NCBI GenBank assembly: GCA_003560095.1
Contig: PWJI01000018.1
Span: 1 to 57,477, forward strand
Length of the DNA: 57,477 nt
Reading direction: 5' to 3'
Source: Candidatus Nealsonbacteria bacterium
GTDB taxonomy: Bacteria > Patescibacteriota > Minisyncoccia > Minisyncoccales > PWPS01
The position numbers were made by a program, and so were the translations under genes. Positions 57,094 through 57,477 of this stretch are shown one piece after another (positions within the stretch are counted from its first letter, which is position 1; each line of letters begins with the position of its first letter). The notes under the pieces are model-generated. The model was not told where the DNA came from, did not search any database, and was given only the letters and a program-made list of their open reading frames with translations.

Positions 57094-57477
<384 letters not shown>

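Overview
AT-rich, gene-dense chromosomal segment, mostly on the + strand, from a small-genome anaerobic bacterium. It is most likely Patescibacteria/CPR (Parcubacteria-like); this is inferred from 16S signatures, the RNase P RNA style and the general lack of Shine-Dalgarno sites. Genetic code 11 (TGA is a stop and prfB is present). Contents: (1) translation genes truB, lepA, prfB with a +1 programmed frameshift, prfA, rpmE, rplY, rpsB, tsf, ychF and obgE; (2) RNase P RNA, three tRNAs and the 5' end of a 16S rRNA gene; (3) division and envelope genes murJ, divIC-like, ftsEX, ftsZ, an S11 peptidase and a coiled-coil lytic transglycosylase; (4) a complete AmmeMemoRadiSam triad; (5) a thiol and superoxide defence block; (6) an ~18 kb fermentation cluster with a minimal NADH-binding subunit, a group A [FeFe]-hydrogenase with intact H-cluster cysteines, an ECF S-like membrane protein, eno, gpmI, gap, ADP-forming acetate-CoA ligase, ppaC, ppsA, pfkB, fba and a ferredoxin. 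The most unusual signals are the two-subunit [FeFe]-hydrogenase operon without HydC or maturases, structured RNA elements next to both upstream tRNAs (including an orphan tRNA 3' half interrupted in its T-loop), a degenerate GalU-like gene coupled to ftsZ, and small Cys/His-rich orphan genes with their own strong promoters and SD sites. No CRISPR array, transposase or integrase was seen. All calls come from motif recognition by eye; no database search was run.
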